Assembly: GCF_006345805.1 (NCBI RefSeq)
Contig: NC_043006.1
Location: 100,006,001-100,070,000, forward strand
DNA: 64,000 bases
Source of the DNA: Octopus sinensis
Taxonomy: Eukaryota
Reading direction: 5' to 3'
Under the pieces are notes generated by a model. That model was given only the letters and a program-made list of their open reading frames with translations, made no database searches and had not been told where the DNA came from. Both the position numbers and the translations under genes were made by a program. Shown here one piece after another: positions 41,950-56,300 of this stretch (position 1 is the stretch's first letter; every line of letters starts with the position of its first letter).

Positions 41950-42230
41950 CACTGCATCCAACCAATTTCATCTCTTTTGAGTCTTACATGCGCTATCCTG
42001 GCCTCTTCACACGCTTTCATTCCACTCCACACTTTTGTTCGCCATCCAGCTAGATCTGAAGCAAAGGTTTCTATGTCCTTTGTATCCATTCCAAGTGACT
42101 TCATAGTAGTTTTAATACCTTTCTTAAACCCATTTTTTTAGGTTTACGCTGATAGCGTTTCCCCTCCGCAAGCTCACCATGAAACAGCTGTTTGCGCATG
42201 CGTTCACCCGCTATTCGAACAACGTGTACA
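41950..42230 (-). pseudogene. RTE-clade LINE ORF 3' fragment
   Basis: RMRKQLFHGELAEGKR...KTTMKSLG...ETFASDLAGWRTKVWSG. Confidence 0.75.
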
Positions 42231-42339
42231 TACATATCTAGCGAAGATATTGTATAATGAGATTCGTGGAAAGGATAACTTGAGGCCAAAGAAATAAATA
42301 GCTCCATATATTAAATGCTATAGCCACTCATAATAAGGA

Positions 42340-42640
42340 GCACAGGTTGAATATGCCAAGGAAAATCCCAATAAAATGTAAACAAAATAGGCCTGACATA
42401 GTGATTTCGGAAAGAGAATATAAACTGTGTATAATAGTGGATATCAGCTGTCTAGCGCGTGTTAACATAAAGCTAAGTGTCAATGGAAAAGAAAGCAGCT
42501 GCGCTGATCTCTTCAATGGTCTATTGTTAGTCTATCTGGAATACAAGTTCAGGTTCAGAGCTGTAATTTTGTGGGCACTGGGATATGTAACACATAGCCG
42601 CCTAAGTACCTATCTTTAGAAAATAGGCTTCTGAAAATCA
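42340..42640 (+). pseudogene. Restriction-like endonuclease (RLE) fragment of an R4/NeSL-type non-LTR element
   Basis: IKCKQNRPDIVI...CIIVDISC...K...VILWALG. Confidence 0.75.
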
Positions 42641-42877
42641 GTAAAGAGCCAGTTCATTGGAAAGCATAACATTAAAGTAGATACGTGCGGCATGACATCC
42701 AACTATATGGATAAGAATACATGTAGTCAAACCTACGAATCTGTAAAGCCAATGAATACAAATACTACACACATACACAAACATGTACAAATACTACGCT
42801 GAAGTTAAAATTCTAATAACAGAGCCCTGGATGTTGTAAACCAGCTCTTTCAATATTGGCAAGAAATCTTAAAATAA

Positions 42878-42929
<52 letters not shown>

Positions 42930-43140
42930 ATATATAAAATACATATATACATACATAAGTATCTTCTACTATGTGTGTGCAGATATACATCTGATGCGCA
43001 AGCATCCTACTTCAATAAATCTACCAAGTTTGGAGATTATCCAAATAAGGGTGCGGGTTATTCTGTTAATCAGCTGAAAATGTATTATGAATCATATGTA
43101 CAAAAAGTGAAGGGTGAAAGAGAAAGCGAGAAAGAGAGAT

Positions 43141-43181
<41 letters not shown>

Positions 43182-43228
43182 AAGAATGGTAGAAAGGCTC
43201 AAATATATGCATACAGACATCCATTTAT

Positions 43229-43292
<64 letters not shown>

Positions 43293-43469
43293 GCGCATTA
43301 TCACTAAACCCAGTGAAAACCCATTTCTACCAACGTCTTAATTCTTTCATACACCGGTGCAATACATTTATACATATAAGTGTGTAAGTACACTTCAAAC
43401 GGCACTGGAATTTTACTGCCAAGAGTTAGAGAAAATTTAACACACATGTAAATCCTATAATAATACACT

Positions 43470-43580
43470 ATTTTACATTATTTACATTATTTACATTCGA
43501 CGGATATTTGTCCTCATCTTGTTTGTTGTTAACACAACGTTTCGGCTGACATACCCTCCAGCCTTCTTCAGGTGTCTTGC
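43470..43580 (-). ncRNA. pLTR fragment with intact minimal hammerhead
   Basis: GACAC-CTGAAGA-A-GGCTG-gagggtatgt-CAGCC-GAAAC-GTT-GTGTT. Confidence 0.8.
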
Positions 43581-44404
43581 TTTCAATTCTTGGCCGAACA
43601 CTGGCAATTGCGGCAAGGGTGAAAGTCGATTACATTGACACCGGTGCTCCACTGGCACTTATTTTATCGATGCCAAAACGATCAAAGGTATACTCGACCA
43701 GAATATAATGTCGGAAGAAATCGCATTTTGTCCGTCGCAGTAACGAATCTGGAAGCTACACATTTACATCCAGACATATAAGGACATAAAAACACACACA
43801 ATTGCACACACACACACACACACACACATATGCACTAGGAAATAATACTGCACAATGCCAAGAGACAGTTCGTCCATGCAGTATAACAAGGTAGCCATCT
43901 CAGGAGAATGAAAATGAAAATGGAAGTCGAAGGTCAGACACGGCAACATATGAGCGTCCCTTGTTATTACTTGAACAGACTCTATGAGACCGAATGCATT
44001 ATTGATTAATGAGGGAAATCATATGATTCATGGATATTAAATTTCTTAACTTTTGTATACTAATGTGGAATACATCAATGTCAATCGAGTAGTTTGTGAA
44101 CCACCTGAAACTTATTAATGATGTTTCTGTAATAAAATAAAATCTGACAGCAACGATATACCCTCAATGCTCAAGGGAATATTTCTTAAAGCGGTTAATA
44201 TTTTAAAGGAAGTGCGTTTATCTATTTTGTACCGGAGGAGCAACTAAGATTAGAGGTGAGTTTTATGTATAAATTGAGAAAGTTAGTGTCTTGATTGCAA
44301 TACCTTGGCGTAAATGATTTAATGAAGATCAGTGTCAACTGACGAAATTTCATATATATATATGTATGTGTATATATACCTATCTATATCTATATCTATA
44401 TATC

Positions 44405-44439
<35 letters not shown>

Positions 44440-44624
44440 ACGTTAAGCAGAAGTAACTGGTTACTAATGCACACGTATATCTATACACATACAAAACAAA
44501 AGTACGCATATATTCACTGATGTGTATACGTATATATATATATACATACATACATACATACATATATATATATATGCATATGAATACATTTATTTATTCA
44601 TATTCATACATATGTATATCTATT

Positions 44625-44992
44625 GTTTTATTTGTTTCTGTAATTTTACTGCGGCCATGATGCAGCACCACCTTTAGTCGAACAAATCGACGCCGGGATT
44701 TCTTTTTGTACGCCTTATATTTACCTTTTCGCGGTCTTTTGCTGAACCGTTAAGTCACGGTGACGTAAGCACACCAACATCATTTGTTAAGCGATGGCAG
44801 GGGGGGAGACAAGCACAGACACACAATCGCATACATATACGAGAGGCTACTTTCAGCTTTCGTCTAACAAATCCACTCACAAGGCTTTGGTTGGTTAGAG
44901 GCTATAGTAGAAGACACTTGCTACGCTTTGGGACTGAAATCAGAAACGTGTGGTTGGTAAACAAGCTACGTACCATACAACCACTACTGCGC
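44625..44992 (-). mobile_element. Diverged SINE family B
   Basis: Reverse-complement similarity along the whole length. Confidence 0.8.
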
Positions 44993-45041
44993 CAATAAAT
45001 ATAATACACACACACACATATATATGTATACATATATATAT

Positions 45042-45094
<53 letters not shown>

Positions 45095-45232
45095 GTATGT
45101 ATATATATATATATATATATATCTATATATATATATATATGATGTATGTATGTATGTATATATATATATATATCTATATATATATATATGTGTGTGTGTA
45201 TATATATATATATAATATATATATATATATAT

Positions 45233-45291
<59 letters not shown>

Positions 45292-45777
45292 TACATATAC
45301 ACGAGTGTAAATGGAAAACAGGGAACAGCATTTGGTTCATCTACATTTCAATAATGAGAAGATTATGTTCAAGTTCATATTTATTTGGTATACACTTAAT
45401 TCTTTATCAGAAATTTTGACTTCAATTTCCTTACAGTATTATTCCAATGTCTATTAGTCCATTAACGTTTCGAGACATTTATAATCGCAGTCTGAGAAGA
45501 AATTGATTGTGATGATGCGGACGCGTATTGCAGTAGGTCGTAAATGGTGGTGGCATTATTCTGTAACTGATAAAGTCATCAATCTAAATATTGCAGCGTG
45601 ATATCCTGATATATTTACTCAGGTAATTTCTGTATTGCATTCATTTATGCATTTTCTCAGACCTATTTACCCTGATACTACATTCTGTTGTTCATACATG
45701 TACATGAATGAAACATCGTAAATCATGCTAGCATATGCACAATAGTTCATATCACTGCGAAACTGGGATTTCTAGTA

Positions 45778-46800
45778 ATACTAGGTTGTCAAGAAAGATC
45801 TTGTGGTTTTTAACCTTTGAATTCAGAAGCACATATCTCGGCTCAGACAAAATTTTATTCATCGAAAAAAATAGCATCAGAATCAACACACTTTTGCCAA
45901 CACGAAACAAATTTATTTATGCCAGCAGCGTAAAAATCCTGCGTTATGGTGGCGATGAAGTCGTTGAAGGCGTGTTTGGCATCGTCTCAGTTTTTGAAAC
46001 ATTTCTCATGCAGGAAGTTGTCGAGATGCTTGAAAAAGTGGTAGTCGATAGGCGAGAGATCTGGTGAGTATGACGGATGAGGTAGAGTTTCGTAGCCCAA
46101 CTCATTCAACTTCTGCAGGTAAGTTGTGCGACGTGCGGCCTAGGGATATCGTGGAGAAGAGTTGGTCGTTTTCTATTGACCAATGCTGGCTGTTGTTGTC
46201 GGAGTCACTTATCCATTTCATCCATCTGCTGACAGTATTTCTCCGCCGTAATGGTTTCGCCTGGATCCAAAGAGCTGCGATAGATGAGACCTTCCGCAAA
46301 CCACCAACCAGTCACCATGACCTGTCGGTTGTTTTCATGTCTGTCTCCAGCACATATTTGGAGATGCGGTATCCTCTAAGGTGGAGAGCTGACAGAAACG
46401 TTAGAACGCCGGGCGAAATGCTTAACGGTATTTCGCTTGTCGTTACGTTGTGAGTTCAAATTCCGCCGAGGTTGACTTTGCCTTTCATCCTTTCGGGATC
46501 GATAAATTAAGTACCATTTACGCACTGGGGTCGATGTAATCGACTTAATCCCTTTGTCTGTCCTTGTTTGTCCCCTCTATGTTTAGCCCCTTGTGGGCAA
46601 TAAAGAAATAGGCATCCTCTAGTCGCTGGCCGTGGTCTAACTGACAGTGTCATCATGATTTAAGGAGAGTGATGATTCTGGAATTTCAAGTGATGGCCAA
46701 ACAGATCCGCTTTTTAAGAGACTTTGAAATCAGGAACACCGACTGAGCCTCAGAACACATACGACCTTTCCTCATTAAATTTTGATACATGTTATTACCT
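45778..46800 (-). mobile_element. Mariner relic (transposase C-half) interrupted by a SINE
   Basis: Minus strand ..ILTRSLAYRLPLFQAS.. region corresponds to frameshifted PYSPDL.P.DY.LF; ..RWQKCVDSD.IF terminus. Confidence 0.65.
46379..46610 (+). mobile_element. SINE family A with 11-bp TSD
   Basis: GG(T/C)ATCCTCTA on both sides. Confidence 0.9.
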
Positions 46801-49659
46801 GGAACTGCACGACAAGTCTTGGATTTTTACTTTGAAATTCAGCTTTGTACCGCAGTTTATCTTGCTGACTCAATCTAAATATTCCCAAAGATATTCCTTG
46901 TGGTGGTTGAAACCTTTCGCTTTCAAAAATCAAAAGAAACCGAGCGTGGTTGATTTAAAGCACTTCTTACTACACCATTCTTTTAGATTATCATAGTTAT
47001 TTTTTCATACCCTTTCAAATTTTATGAGGGTCACAAAGCTTATCTTGATTTCCAATATTGACGCCTAAATTAGCTTGATATAATATATCTCTACCTTTGC
47101 ATAACAAAATCAGTGACATTTACTTTTTGCTTTTGTAGAAATTACTCGCACATTGCAGCAGAATGCACTAGATTTATTTAAACAGTTGCTTCGAGATTAA
47201 CAAAATATATGAAAACATTGGTTAGACTATTTTACAAAGATAAACTGCATAAGAGCGATGCTCAATAGTAAGATGCTTCAACTAATCACTGTGCATATAT
47301 TAGAAATATAATTTCGCTTTAGGTTAAAATCCTTATTTGAGGGGTTTCTAATCCGTTGAACAGTAAAAACCTCTTTGGAAAAACTAATATTATCTTTATA
47401 TTTAGTACCCTCAAAGTTTACTCTGAATTCGTTCAAACATTCTTGCCTAAACTATATAGTCTCTTTTGAAGTGCAGGGTAATAGTTTTCTTTTGTTTCTA
47501 CTACTTTTTCCAAACTAAATCACCAACAATTATTTATTCTCTGACCAATAATCGAAAAGATCTTGATCTTCATTTCAAAGGACTGGTAATTATTTGATGT
47601 GAACTTAAGCAGTTAGGCCGTAATAATTTGGATTATTCGCTGTTGTTTATTGGTGTCATCCTAGATTACGCAGGCGTTTAACATTTCTCAGAAACTGAGA
47701 ATCAATTACAGAGATTCAGCATTCGTATCTGCTTTTGACTGAAAGTATTTTGGTTTCTTTGATATTGTTGCCGCTGTCTTCAGCGTTGTTTATCGTCGTA
47801 GTCGTCATCTTTATCGTCATTATCGACATCATAAACGTCATTTTCAGTATCACTAACACTACCAGACATATACGCCATCACCAATAACATTAACACTTTC
47901 GACACCTCTGCATTCAACACATCCATCACCACTAATGATCATTATCATCTTAATCACCATTAACAAAAACAACAAACAAATACGTACAAGTTCTTCGTAG
48001 TTTTCTTGTCAAAATTCGTTCAACTATGTAGGCGGTCAGTGGGGTGAGTATCCACAGAGTAGAACTGCTAGGCCTTATTTAACATGGCTCTCTGTATTCT
48101 CGGTTCAAATACCTCAGGGGTCCATTTTTCCTTTCCTCATTCTAGTATCGCTTAAAAATTATCCGTCCAGTACTGCAGTACTACAGGAATATCGTACATG
48201 TTCAACAATTTTATCTCCTGGTCTTCTGGTGTCTTTAGCAGAGCTATCTAAGGAATTCCATTTATGGGTGCTCTTCAAAAATGAAAGCGTACGACCACTG
48301 AATTTTCCTTAACTGAGCGATAAAAGCACCACGTTCCCTAGATACCATGATATTATAATTTGTTTGATTATTGAGGATAAATATAATATGCAACTTGTGA
48401 ATTCTCAAACACAAAACCAGAAATTTGAAGGGAATGCATACTGAATGTTTATCACTATATTTTTGCTCATTTAAACAATTAAGAAAATGACAAAACACAA
48501 ATGAATGTGATACTATCCTACCTGTTTCCTCCACCCCAAAATTAGCAGAATCGGCAAAATAAAAATAGTGGTAAAACATGGAATCACACTGAGATATCTA
48601 AAGTTTAGATAACACAATCCATTTCATTGCGGATTTTAATACAGAGTAAATTAATTTCTATATGTAATATCTAAAAATCTCTTTTCCTAAATTACCATTA
48701 AATTCGAAAACCAAAACGAAAAATATTTATCTTCGGTGTGCATTTATCAGTTTTATAAAAACAAATAACTGAATATTTCTTTTTAAATTTTAACATAAAT
48801 ATTTCTGAGATTTATTGCTTTTGGTCTTTTTTATATCAACTGACTAATTTTCTTTCGTGCAATGTAAATTATTATTCGGAAAAATATTTGTGTTGCATTT
48901 TGAAGTGTAATGGAATTGCTAACCATTTTTCTTGTTGCATTTCTGTATTTTCTGAGATCAACACAAATAGGACAGTATTTCCTTCCATATTTTGTCTCAG
49001 TTGATTATTCCATCACCAGTCCTGCATTAATACCAATTCCATCAGTTCCAGCGTGGCAATCACCGAAATACCTCAGCTGTATTCCACTTACATCGTCATA
49101 CAAATGCAGATGTAATTTCAGAAGTGAAAAGATTTACTTTCCCAGTCAATCGAAACTTGTGCTTCCCCTCCAACGCATTATTTAAGAGAAAATATTTGAA
49201 AATATATTACGTTATTTGCTTCGGTTTTTCATAATAACTATTTACAGGATCGATGGTCACCTCAGCGGATTTTAATATTATCAAAATATCATAATGCTGT
49301 TCCTCACTGGCGTAAGTCCAGTATTTATTTACTCAGAACAGATTTTGTAGATAAGGCACCATAGTTTCACTAGAGCTTGTATTAAGGTATACATGACAAA
49401 AGAGTGTAGAATATTTCCAAACATCTGACTTATTCTGATTGTGTAACATGCTCGAAGTACACTTAAATGAAAGGTATAATATCTCAAGGGAACGATTGTG
49501 CGAGAGCTTCATCACACATGTTTCTATCCGTAAGTTAAATTTTCGATCCATATTCGATCTATGGTGGAGTATGTATATATATAATAACAATATAATAAAT
49601 AAAACATATGCATATATACATACATATATGTACATATATCTATATGTATATATACATGC

Positions 49660-49985
49660 ATATATGAGTACAGGACGTAGAACACAACGAGAGACGAAAA
49701 CATAAAATCAAACAAGGAAACGAACTTTTTTTAACAACGAAAAAACAGAGTACAGGACAAACAATACAAGGAAAATTCTCCTTCATCAGCTGCCCCTGGT
49801 TCGACTCAATGCTTGTTTCGAAGGTAAGGGCAGAACACGACCCGGCCGAAATAATTCTTCCTGCAAAAGGAATTAAATAAAATTATTTTGCAGAGATGTA
49901 AAAACAAGTGACAAGAACAGGACGTAAAAGCAATACAAATGAAGAAAAAACAGTACAAATAAAGAATATGTTCGATCTGTGGCAT
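49660..49985 (-). mobile_element. Interspersed repeat (pLTR-like), related to 4130-4285
   Basis: Shared terminus GACGTCCTGT.CT..CATATGCAT; contains GAAAC and CTGATGAAGG on the minus strand. Confidence 0.45.
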
Positions 49986-50014
49986 ACACACACACACACA
50001 CACATACACACACA

Positions 50015-50045
<31 letters not shown>

Positions 50046-50090
50046 CACACCACACATATATATTATATATATATATATATTATATATATA

Positions 50091-50137
<47 letters not shown>

Positions 50138-51427
50138 CGAGGGACATTCAATAAGTAATGCCTCTGACCTACTTGCAATTGTTTGATCTAGCTGGAATTT
50201 TGCATGTGCAATTGCGTATATCTCCAAGGATTAAGGGGAAAATCACAGCTCTGAACTAATTGTGGTTTCGGATTTACAGGTGTTTGAACTGAGTCAAGTG
50301 TGAAATGGAGCCTGTTGAGTGTCGAGCAGTGATCCGGTTTTTGTATTTGAAAGGAGGCACACCACGGGAGACTTTTATGAAATGAAAGTAACTTATGGTG
50401 ATGATGCCCCATCATATGACCTTGTAAAACGCTGGCATCGTGAATTCAAAAATGGTCGGAACTCTGTGGAAACAGCTCCCAGATCTCGTCGCTCCCCTTC
50501 TTCCATTGATGAGGTATCTGTCCGTCAAGTTGAGGCTGCCATTTTGGAAGATCGACGCATAACTATTCGCCAAATAGCCCATGAGGTCAAGATTAGTACC
50601 GGGTCTGTGGAAACTATCATTCATGACAATTTGCATATGAAAAAGGTGTCTGCCAGATGGATTCCCAGGTTGCTCACATCTTTCCAGAAGCAAGAACGCG
50701 TCGAGTGCTCGAGGATGAATTTGGAGATATGCCAAGAAGATGAGTCAACTTTTTTCAAAAGACTAATTACACAGGATGAAACCTAGGTCCATCACTATGA
50801 TCCAGAGACCAAAGCCCAGTCAATGCAGTGGAAGCACCGTGACTCACCTCCTCCAAAGAAGGCAAGGGTGCAGCGCTCCGCTGGCAAGGTCATGCTCACA
50901 GTCTTCTGGGACCAGGACGGAGTAGTGATGATATATTTCCTGGCAACGGGTACCACAATTTTAGGAGCCTATTATGCTTCACTTTTGAGGAAATTAAGAG
51001 AAGCTATCAAAATTAAGAGGCGGGACAAGATCAGCAAAGGCATCCTCATCCTGCAGGACAACGCTCCGGTCCACAACTCGCTGTCGCCAGATCAGAAGCA
51101 CAGGCGTGCGGCTATGAACTCCTCCACCATCAGCCTACTCTCCTGACCTTGCACCCTCTGATTTTCACCTCTTCCCAGCCATGAAGCTGTTTTTGAAAGG
51201 AAAGTCTTTTCCAAATGATGCAGTCTTGATTTCTGAAGTCACGTCGTGGATGGAGGACCAAGCTGGGGTCTTCTACAAAAACGGTCTCCAGAGCTGCATC
51301 ACACGATGAGAGAAATGCGTAACTCTGGCTGGTTCCTAGGTAGAAAAAGACTAATAACTGTGCCAAGTTTCGTTGCTCTACTGCTATGGGAAGTGGGTCA
51401 GGGGCATTACTTATTGAACGCCCCTCG
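50138..51427 (+). mobile_element. Near full-length mariner (DD34D) transposon, 1290 bp, inactivated transposase ~50305-51355
   Basis: TIRs CGAGGGACATTCAATAAGTAATGCCTCTGACC / GGTCAGGGGCATTACTTATTGAACGCCCCTCG, TA on both sides; ARWIPRLLT, TQDET*, QDNAP, YSPDLAPSDFHLF; stops and frameshifts. Confidence 0.96.
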
Positions 51428-51864
51428 TATATATATATATGGGGGTATATATATATATATACAGAGAGAGAGAGAATGTGTGTGCGTGCGATGGGTAAAT
51501 TCTCATCATGCTATATGTATAATTTTGTGTATGTGCATTGTCAGTTTTTATCATTTTGTCGACTACACAGTATAGTAGGGTCAGTTGGACGCCTCTTGTG
51601 AGAACAACAGCACCATGACGCAATTCACTCTGTTCACACGTGTTCGTTTTTCTGTTTGTTGATGCAGAAGACTTTCTGGGGATTCCGAAGTTGTCTGGAT
51701 GCTGTGGTTAAATCCAATGGCGATTTGATTCGATAAATTTACTGTTTACTATTTCAGGATATTTTTATGTAACATTGGTAAATATATATGTTAAAATGTT
51801 TTATCAGTGTTATTTTCATTTCTGCGTAATCTAAGCGAGAGTTTATTCACTGCACAGGGAAAGA

Positions 51865-51933
<69 letters not shown>

Positions 51934-53083
51934 TCCATTGGTTGCAATGTATTTATTGTTTCGTAAAATTTTAATTCTTTTCATTAAATTTGGGCTTCAT
52001 GCTACGCAGTCGATAATTTGTGTTTCACACTGCAGGTAAAATTAAAATAGATAGTTATATTACTTATAGAAGCAGTCATCAGTACCAGTACTTGTAAACA
52101 ATGTAGACTTTATCCAGCGCAAGAAGCGATACTACGACGGTAGCTAATAATAAACTTTGTAGTGTCTATAACAGATATCTAAGCTTGTTTTGTCTTTTTC
52201 ACTTTCTTTATATGGTTTTTGTTTTACATAATTATTTAGTTTCAATATATTTTACAACAAATCAATATTTTGTTAACAAACATAATACTTATGCGATAAA
52301 CCTCTAAAAAATACAATGCATTGTGTTTTTAGACATATAAAAAGCTGTCTGTTGATAAAAGAATGAATAGATTTTCTCATGATTTGTAGTCGACGGGAAG
52401 CTTACGCAATATTTCAAAATTTGTTTATCGTTTTTAAATTACATAACTTCTTTCTTTTTAACTACGCAATATTTCAGAAGAGTAACAGTATGGTACATTA
52501 CTAATTCCTTATTCTAATTTACATTTACTTATTTCTATATTATTTACTCTTTACTGTAGAGTATTTTAAGTTTGTTTTTATTATATTAAGTTCCTTTATT
52601 TTATCCATTTTATTTGCTCAACAGGAATTTTCTGAAAGATAACTTAAGCTAAAGAACATTACCTTTTCGATTGTCTCAAGGTAAATGTCTCTCCAATTAT
52701 GTGTGCAACGTTAAATGTTACACTATTGTATTTGCAGCTCTTTACCTTTCATATTTTTACATATTCTCTGTCAATTACCATTGCGTAATTTTATATGCTT
52801 GAAAAACCGTTTGTTCTCAACTTCTTGTACAAAAGGAAATATATTGTATATCTAATTTATATTGAAACAAATCGCTATTGAATCAATACAATCGTATTAT
52901 CAATGATGTATAAAAGTGTATAAAATATTTTTAAAGTAGCCTTAAGATTCTAGTATTAGAGTCTGCGAAAGAGTTAATAATCAACGAGAAATGCTTGTCT
53001 CATAGAAAAGGCATCTTAAAGTAGGACGAAATGCCGCTAAGCATTTCCTCGGTTTGTTACCGAGTCTGCTAGCTCGCCGTTTT

Positions 53084-53118
<35 letters not shown>

Positions 53119-53119
<1 letters not shown>

Positions 53120-53683
53120 GCCCTGATGCAGCCCTGATGCAGTACTAGGCAGTGGCTCTCATGGCTTCTGATCTTAACTGATTGGAAGTGTTATCATGTA
53201 CATTGTTTTGTCTTGGTATAAAAGATGGGCTACAGCAAATATTCTGCTCAATGCCACAGATTTGCTTGTCAGTTGTTTGACCTTAACCAGTTGAGCATGT
53301 CCCTTAGTGGCTGACGATATGTGCATCTCTGATCATGAGCAGAAGTAGTGGGGGAGCATCATAGCCATGTGTTGAGAGGGATTCTTTGGGGTTTGAATAA
53401 TTCACCTCTGGAAACATGGGTGGTTCTTTCAACATCCTTAAACAGCCCTTATTCAGGGGCCTTTTGAGCGGGATGGGCAACTCAACCCGAAGAAAATTCT
53501 AACTGGGCCCCACCTGCAAGGTCATGTGCTGTTTGTCTTGATGTGAGATCACCATGTCGCGCACATATGGTTGTGATGCATGTGCCTGGTGTACCTTTAT
53601 CAGACGGGTAGTCATGATGGGTATATTGGGCTTCGTATATTTTACTCCAGTGTCACTTTGATGGCATGCACTGCTCTCTCACA
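53119..53683. mobile_element. ~560-bp non-coding interspersed repeat (family E) within (AAT)n
   Basis: Second copy with the same two ends at 55778-56300. Confidence 0.8.
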
Positions 53684-53684
53684 C

Positions 53685-53794
<110 letters not shown>

Positions 53795-53805
53795 CAATAA
53801 TAATA

Positions 53806-54281
53806 AAAGAGAAAGCAACCATACTCTGGGATATGCCAATACACACAGATAGAGAAATTAAGGCCAATAGACCAGATATAGTTATCAGACATCATGAAGA
53901 AAAAAATACTTTCTGTTTGATGTATCAATACCAGCAGATGACAACGTGTCTCTAAAAGAATTGGACAAACTTTCAAAATACAAAGACCTGCAAATAGAAG
54001 TAACTCGAATGTGGAATCTAAAAACAGAAACAATTCCTATCATATTAGACGCATTAGGTATGATAAAAAAATATTCAGACAAATACATAACAAAAACACC
54101 AGGACTTACAAACGTATACAACATACAGAAAATTGCACTATTGGGCACTGCACACATCCTACGGAAAACACTTTCAATACAGTAACCATCAGAGCATCAC
54201 ACCAAATCACAGCACATACCCAAGGCACACAGAGCTGCGCTCGATAGTGAAGTGAAAGCGCGCTATAAAAATAAAACTACC

Positions 54282-54283
<2 letters not shown>
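53806..54283 (+). mobile_element. R4/Dong-type non-LTR retrotransposon 3' end (RLE) no.1
   Basis: TILWDMPIHTDREIKANRPDIVI...FDVSIP.DDNV..KELDKLSKYKDL.IE..RMW...QKIALLGTAHILRK*; (AAT)n on both sides. Confidence 0.9.
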
Positions 54284-54349
<66 letters not shown>

Positions 54350-54350
<1 letters not shown>

Positions 54351-54760
54351 GGCGAAAGAATTTGACCAGCTCAGAAAATATAAAGACCTGCTCATTGAAA
54401 TTGAGAAAATGTGGCATCTCAAGGCGGTTACAATACCAGTGATCGTAGGAGCACTAGGAATGATCAAGAAGGGAACCGAAAATTATATGAGAATGATCCC
54501 TGGCTTACCATCCCTGCAAGAAGTGCAACAGATTGTCTTAACTGGTACATGACACGTATTGAGAAGAGCAAAGGCGATGTGTGAACTATTACTACCCATG
54601 TAATTTAATTTAACTTTATTTCTATCAAAAAAAAAAAATGAACGAACTAGTGAGTTTAGTTTAATGGCCTACCAATGTATACTGAGATTCTTTGCCCTAG
54701 GAGTCGGGAAGTACTCGGCAACAAAATGGAAGCAAATTTGAAAGAAGAAGAAAAACCCAT
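54350..54760 (+). mobile_element. R4/Dong-type 3' end no.2 (different family)
   Basis: KEFDQLRKYKDLLIEIEKMWHLKAVTIPVIVGALG...QQIVLTGT*HVLRR; distinct 3' UTR; (AAT)n flanks. Confidence 0.88.
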
Positions 54761-54827
54761 AAATAATAATAATAATAATAAAACTAATAATAATAATAAT
54801 AATAACAACAACAACAACAACAACAAC

Positions 54828-55480
54828 ATGGCAGCACAGGATCAAGCTTTGACCACGATCTGGAGGGTCAACCTTAAGAATGAGCAATCTCCGCTGTGCC
54901 GCCTCTGCAATAGAATGTATGAAACTATTGCCCATATCACGAATGAATGTTCTAGACTTTCCCCAAACCACTACTAGGTGTGGCGACACGACCAAGTAGC
55001 GAAGGTGCTTCACTGGAAACTGTGCAAACAATGAGGGCTAGAGAGAGGTAAGACGGGGTATGGAGTCGGACACAAGCAAAGCATTCTGAAATTTCCTAAT
55101 CCAAATAGATCAGGTGCTAGAGCATAAAAGACCGGACCTAGTGCTGGTGGACAAGGTGCACCACATTTGCTGTATAGTTGACGTTGCATGCCCCTTTCAC
55201 TCACAAATAGTCAAAAAGGAAGGCAAATAGATCGATGCAACTTCCTTAAATACGAAATTGCCCGGCTATGGAACATGAAGATAAAGATAATGCTAATTGT
55301 TGTTGGGTCCTTCCGAACAGTAACAAAAGGCATCGAGAGGAATATAAAGGGAATTGAAATAGAACATCCAGTGGAATTGTTAGAAGAGGTGTACCTCCTT
55401 GGCACGGCCAGAATAAGCGGGAAGGCTGAAAAGAGCGAATAGCAGGGTACCGTAGGCTGCAGGTAGCAAGCCTGCTAAGC
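54828..55480 (+). mobile_element. R4/Dong-type 3' end no.3 with CCHC knuckle
   Basis: AAQDQAL...CRLC...ETIAHI..EC...RHDQVA..LHW.LC...RPDLVL..IVDVACP...LLGTARI. Confidence 0.88.
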
Positions 55481-55489
55481 ATGTGATAA

Positions 55490-55517
55490 AGAGATAATGA
55501 TAATAATAATGATAAAA

Positions 55518-55565
<48 letters not shown>

Positions 55566-55669
55566 GTGATGATGATGGTGGTGGTGGTGGTGGTGATGAT
55601 GATGAGGAGGAGGAGGAGGGAGAGGAAGAGGAGGAGGAGGAGGATGCTGATGATGCCGATGATGATGCC

Positions 55670-55705
<36 letters not shown>

Positions 55706-55777
55706 GATGATTATGATGATGATGATGATGACGATGATGATGATTTTGATGATGATGATGATGATGATGACGATGAT
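55490..55777. repeat. (GAT)n/(GGT)n/(GAG)n trinucleotide compound microsatellite
   Basis: Direct reading. Confidence 0.95.
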
Positions 55778-56300
55778 ACAGTACCCAGCAGTGGTTCTCA
55801 TGGCTTTTGATCTTGAATGATTGGAAGTGTTATCATGTACATTGTTTTGTCTTGCTATAAAAGATGAGCAATAGCAAATCTTCTGCTCAATACCACAGAT
55901 TTGCTTGTCAGTAGTTTGACCATAACCAGCTGAGTATGTCACTTGGTGGCTGACGATATGTGCATCACAAGCAGAGTTTGTGATGCTACCAGCACGTGTA
56001 TACGCAGAGTCGTGTTCTGTTGAAAGGAATGCTTCGGGGTTTGAAGAAATCACCACTGCAAACATGGGTATTTTGTCCGTCATCCTTAAAACAAACCTTG
56101 TTCAGGGACTTTGTGAGCAGGATGGCTGCTCGACGTGAAGAGAGGTCTAGCAGGGTGGATGCTCGACGTGAAGAGACGTCTAGCAGGGTGGTTGCTCGAC
56201 ATGGTGTACCCTTATTAGATGGGTAATAATCTTGGACATGCTGGGTTTCTTATACTTATACCTCAGTGTCACTTTCATGGCATGCGATGCTCTCTCACCC
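55778..56300. mobile_element. Family E repeat, diverged copy with an internal 3x ~30-bp tandem
   Basis: Aligns to 53119-53683; GCAGG..GG.TGCTCGAC repeated at 56117-56200. Confidence 0.8.

Noticed and set aside
53430-53520. HDV-like ribozyme in family E (GCCCTGA / TCAGGG pairing, CTAA)
   Set aside because: Could not place P3/L3 or the GG of P1.1
56117-56200. Three spaced ~30-bp repeats resembling a CRISPR array
   Set aside because: Contiguous tandem duplication inside a eukaryotic repeat; no unique spacers and no cas genes
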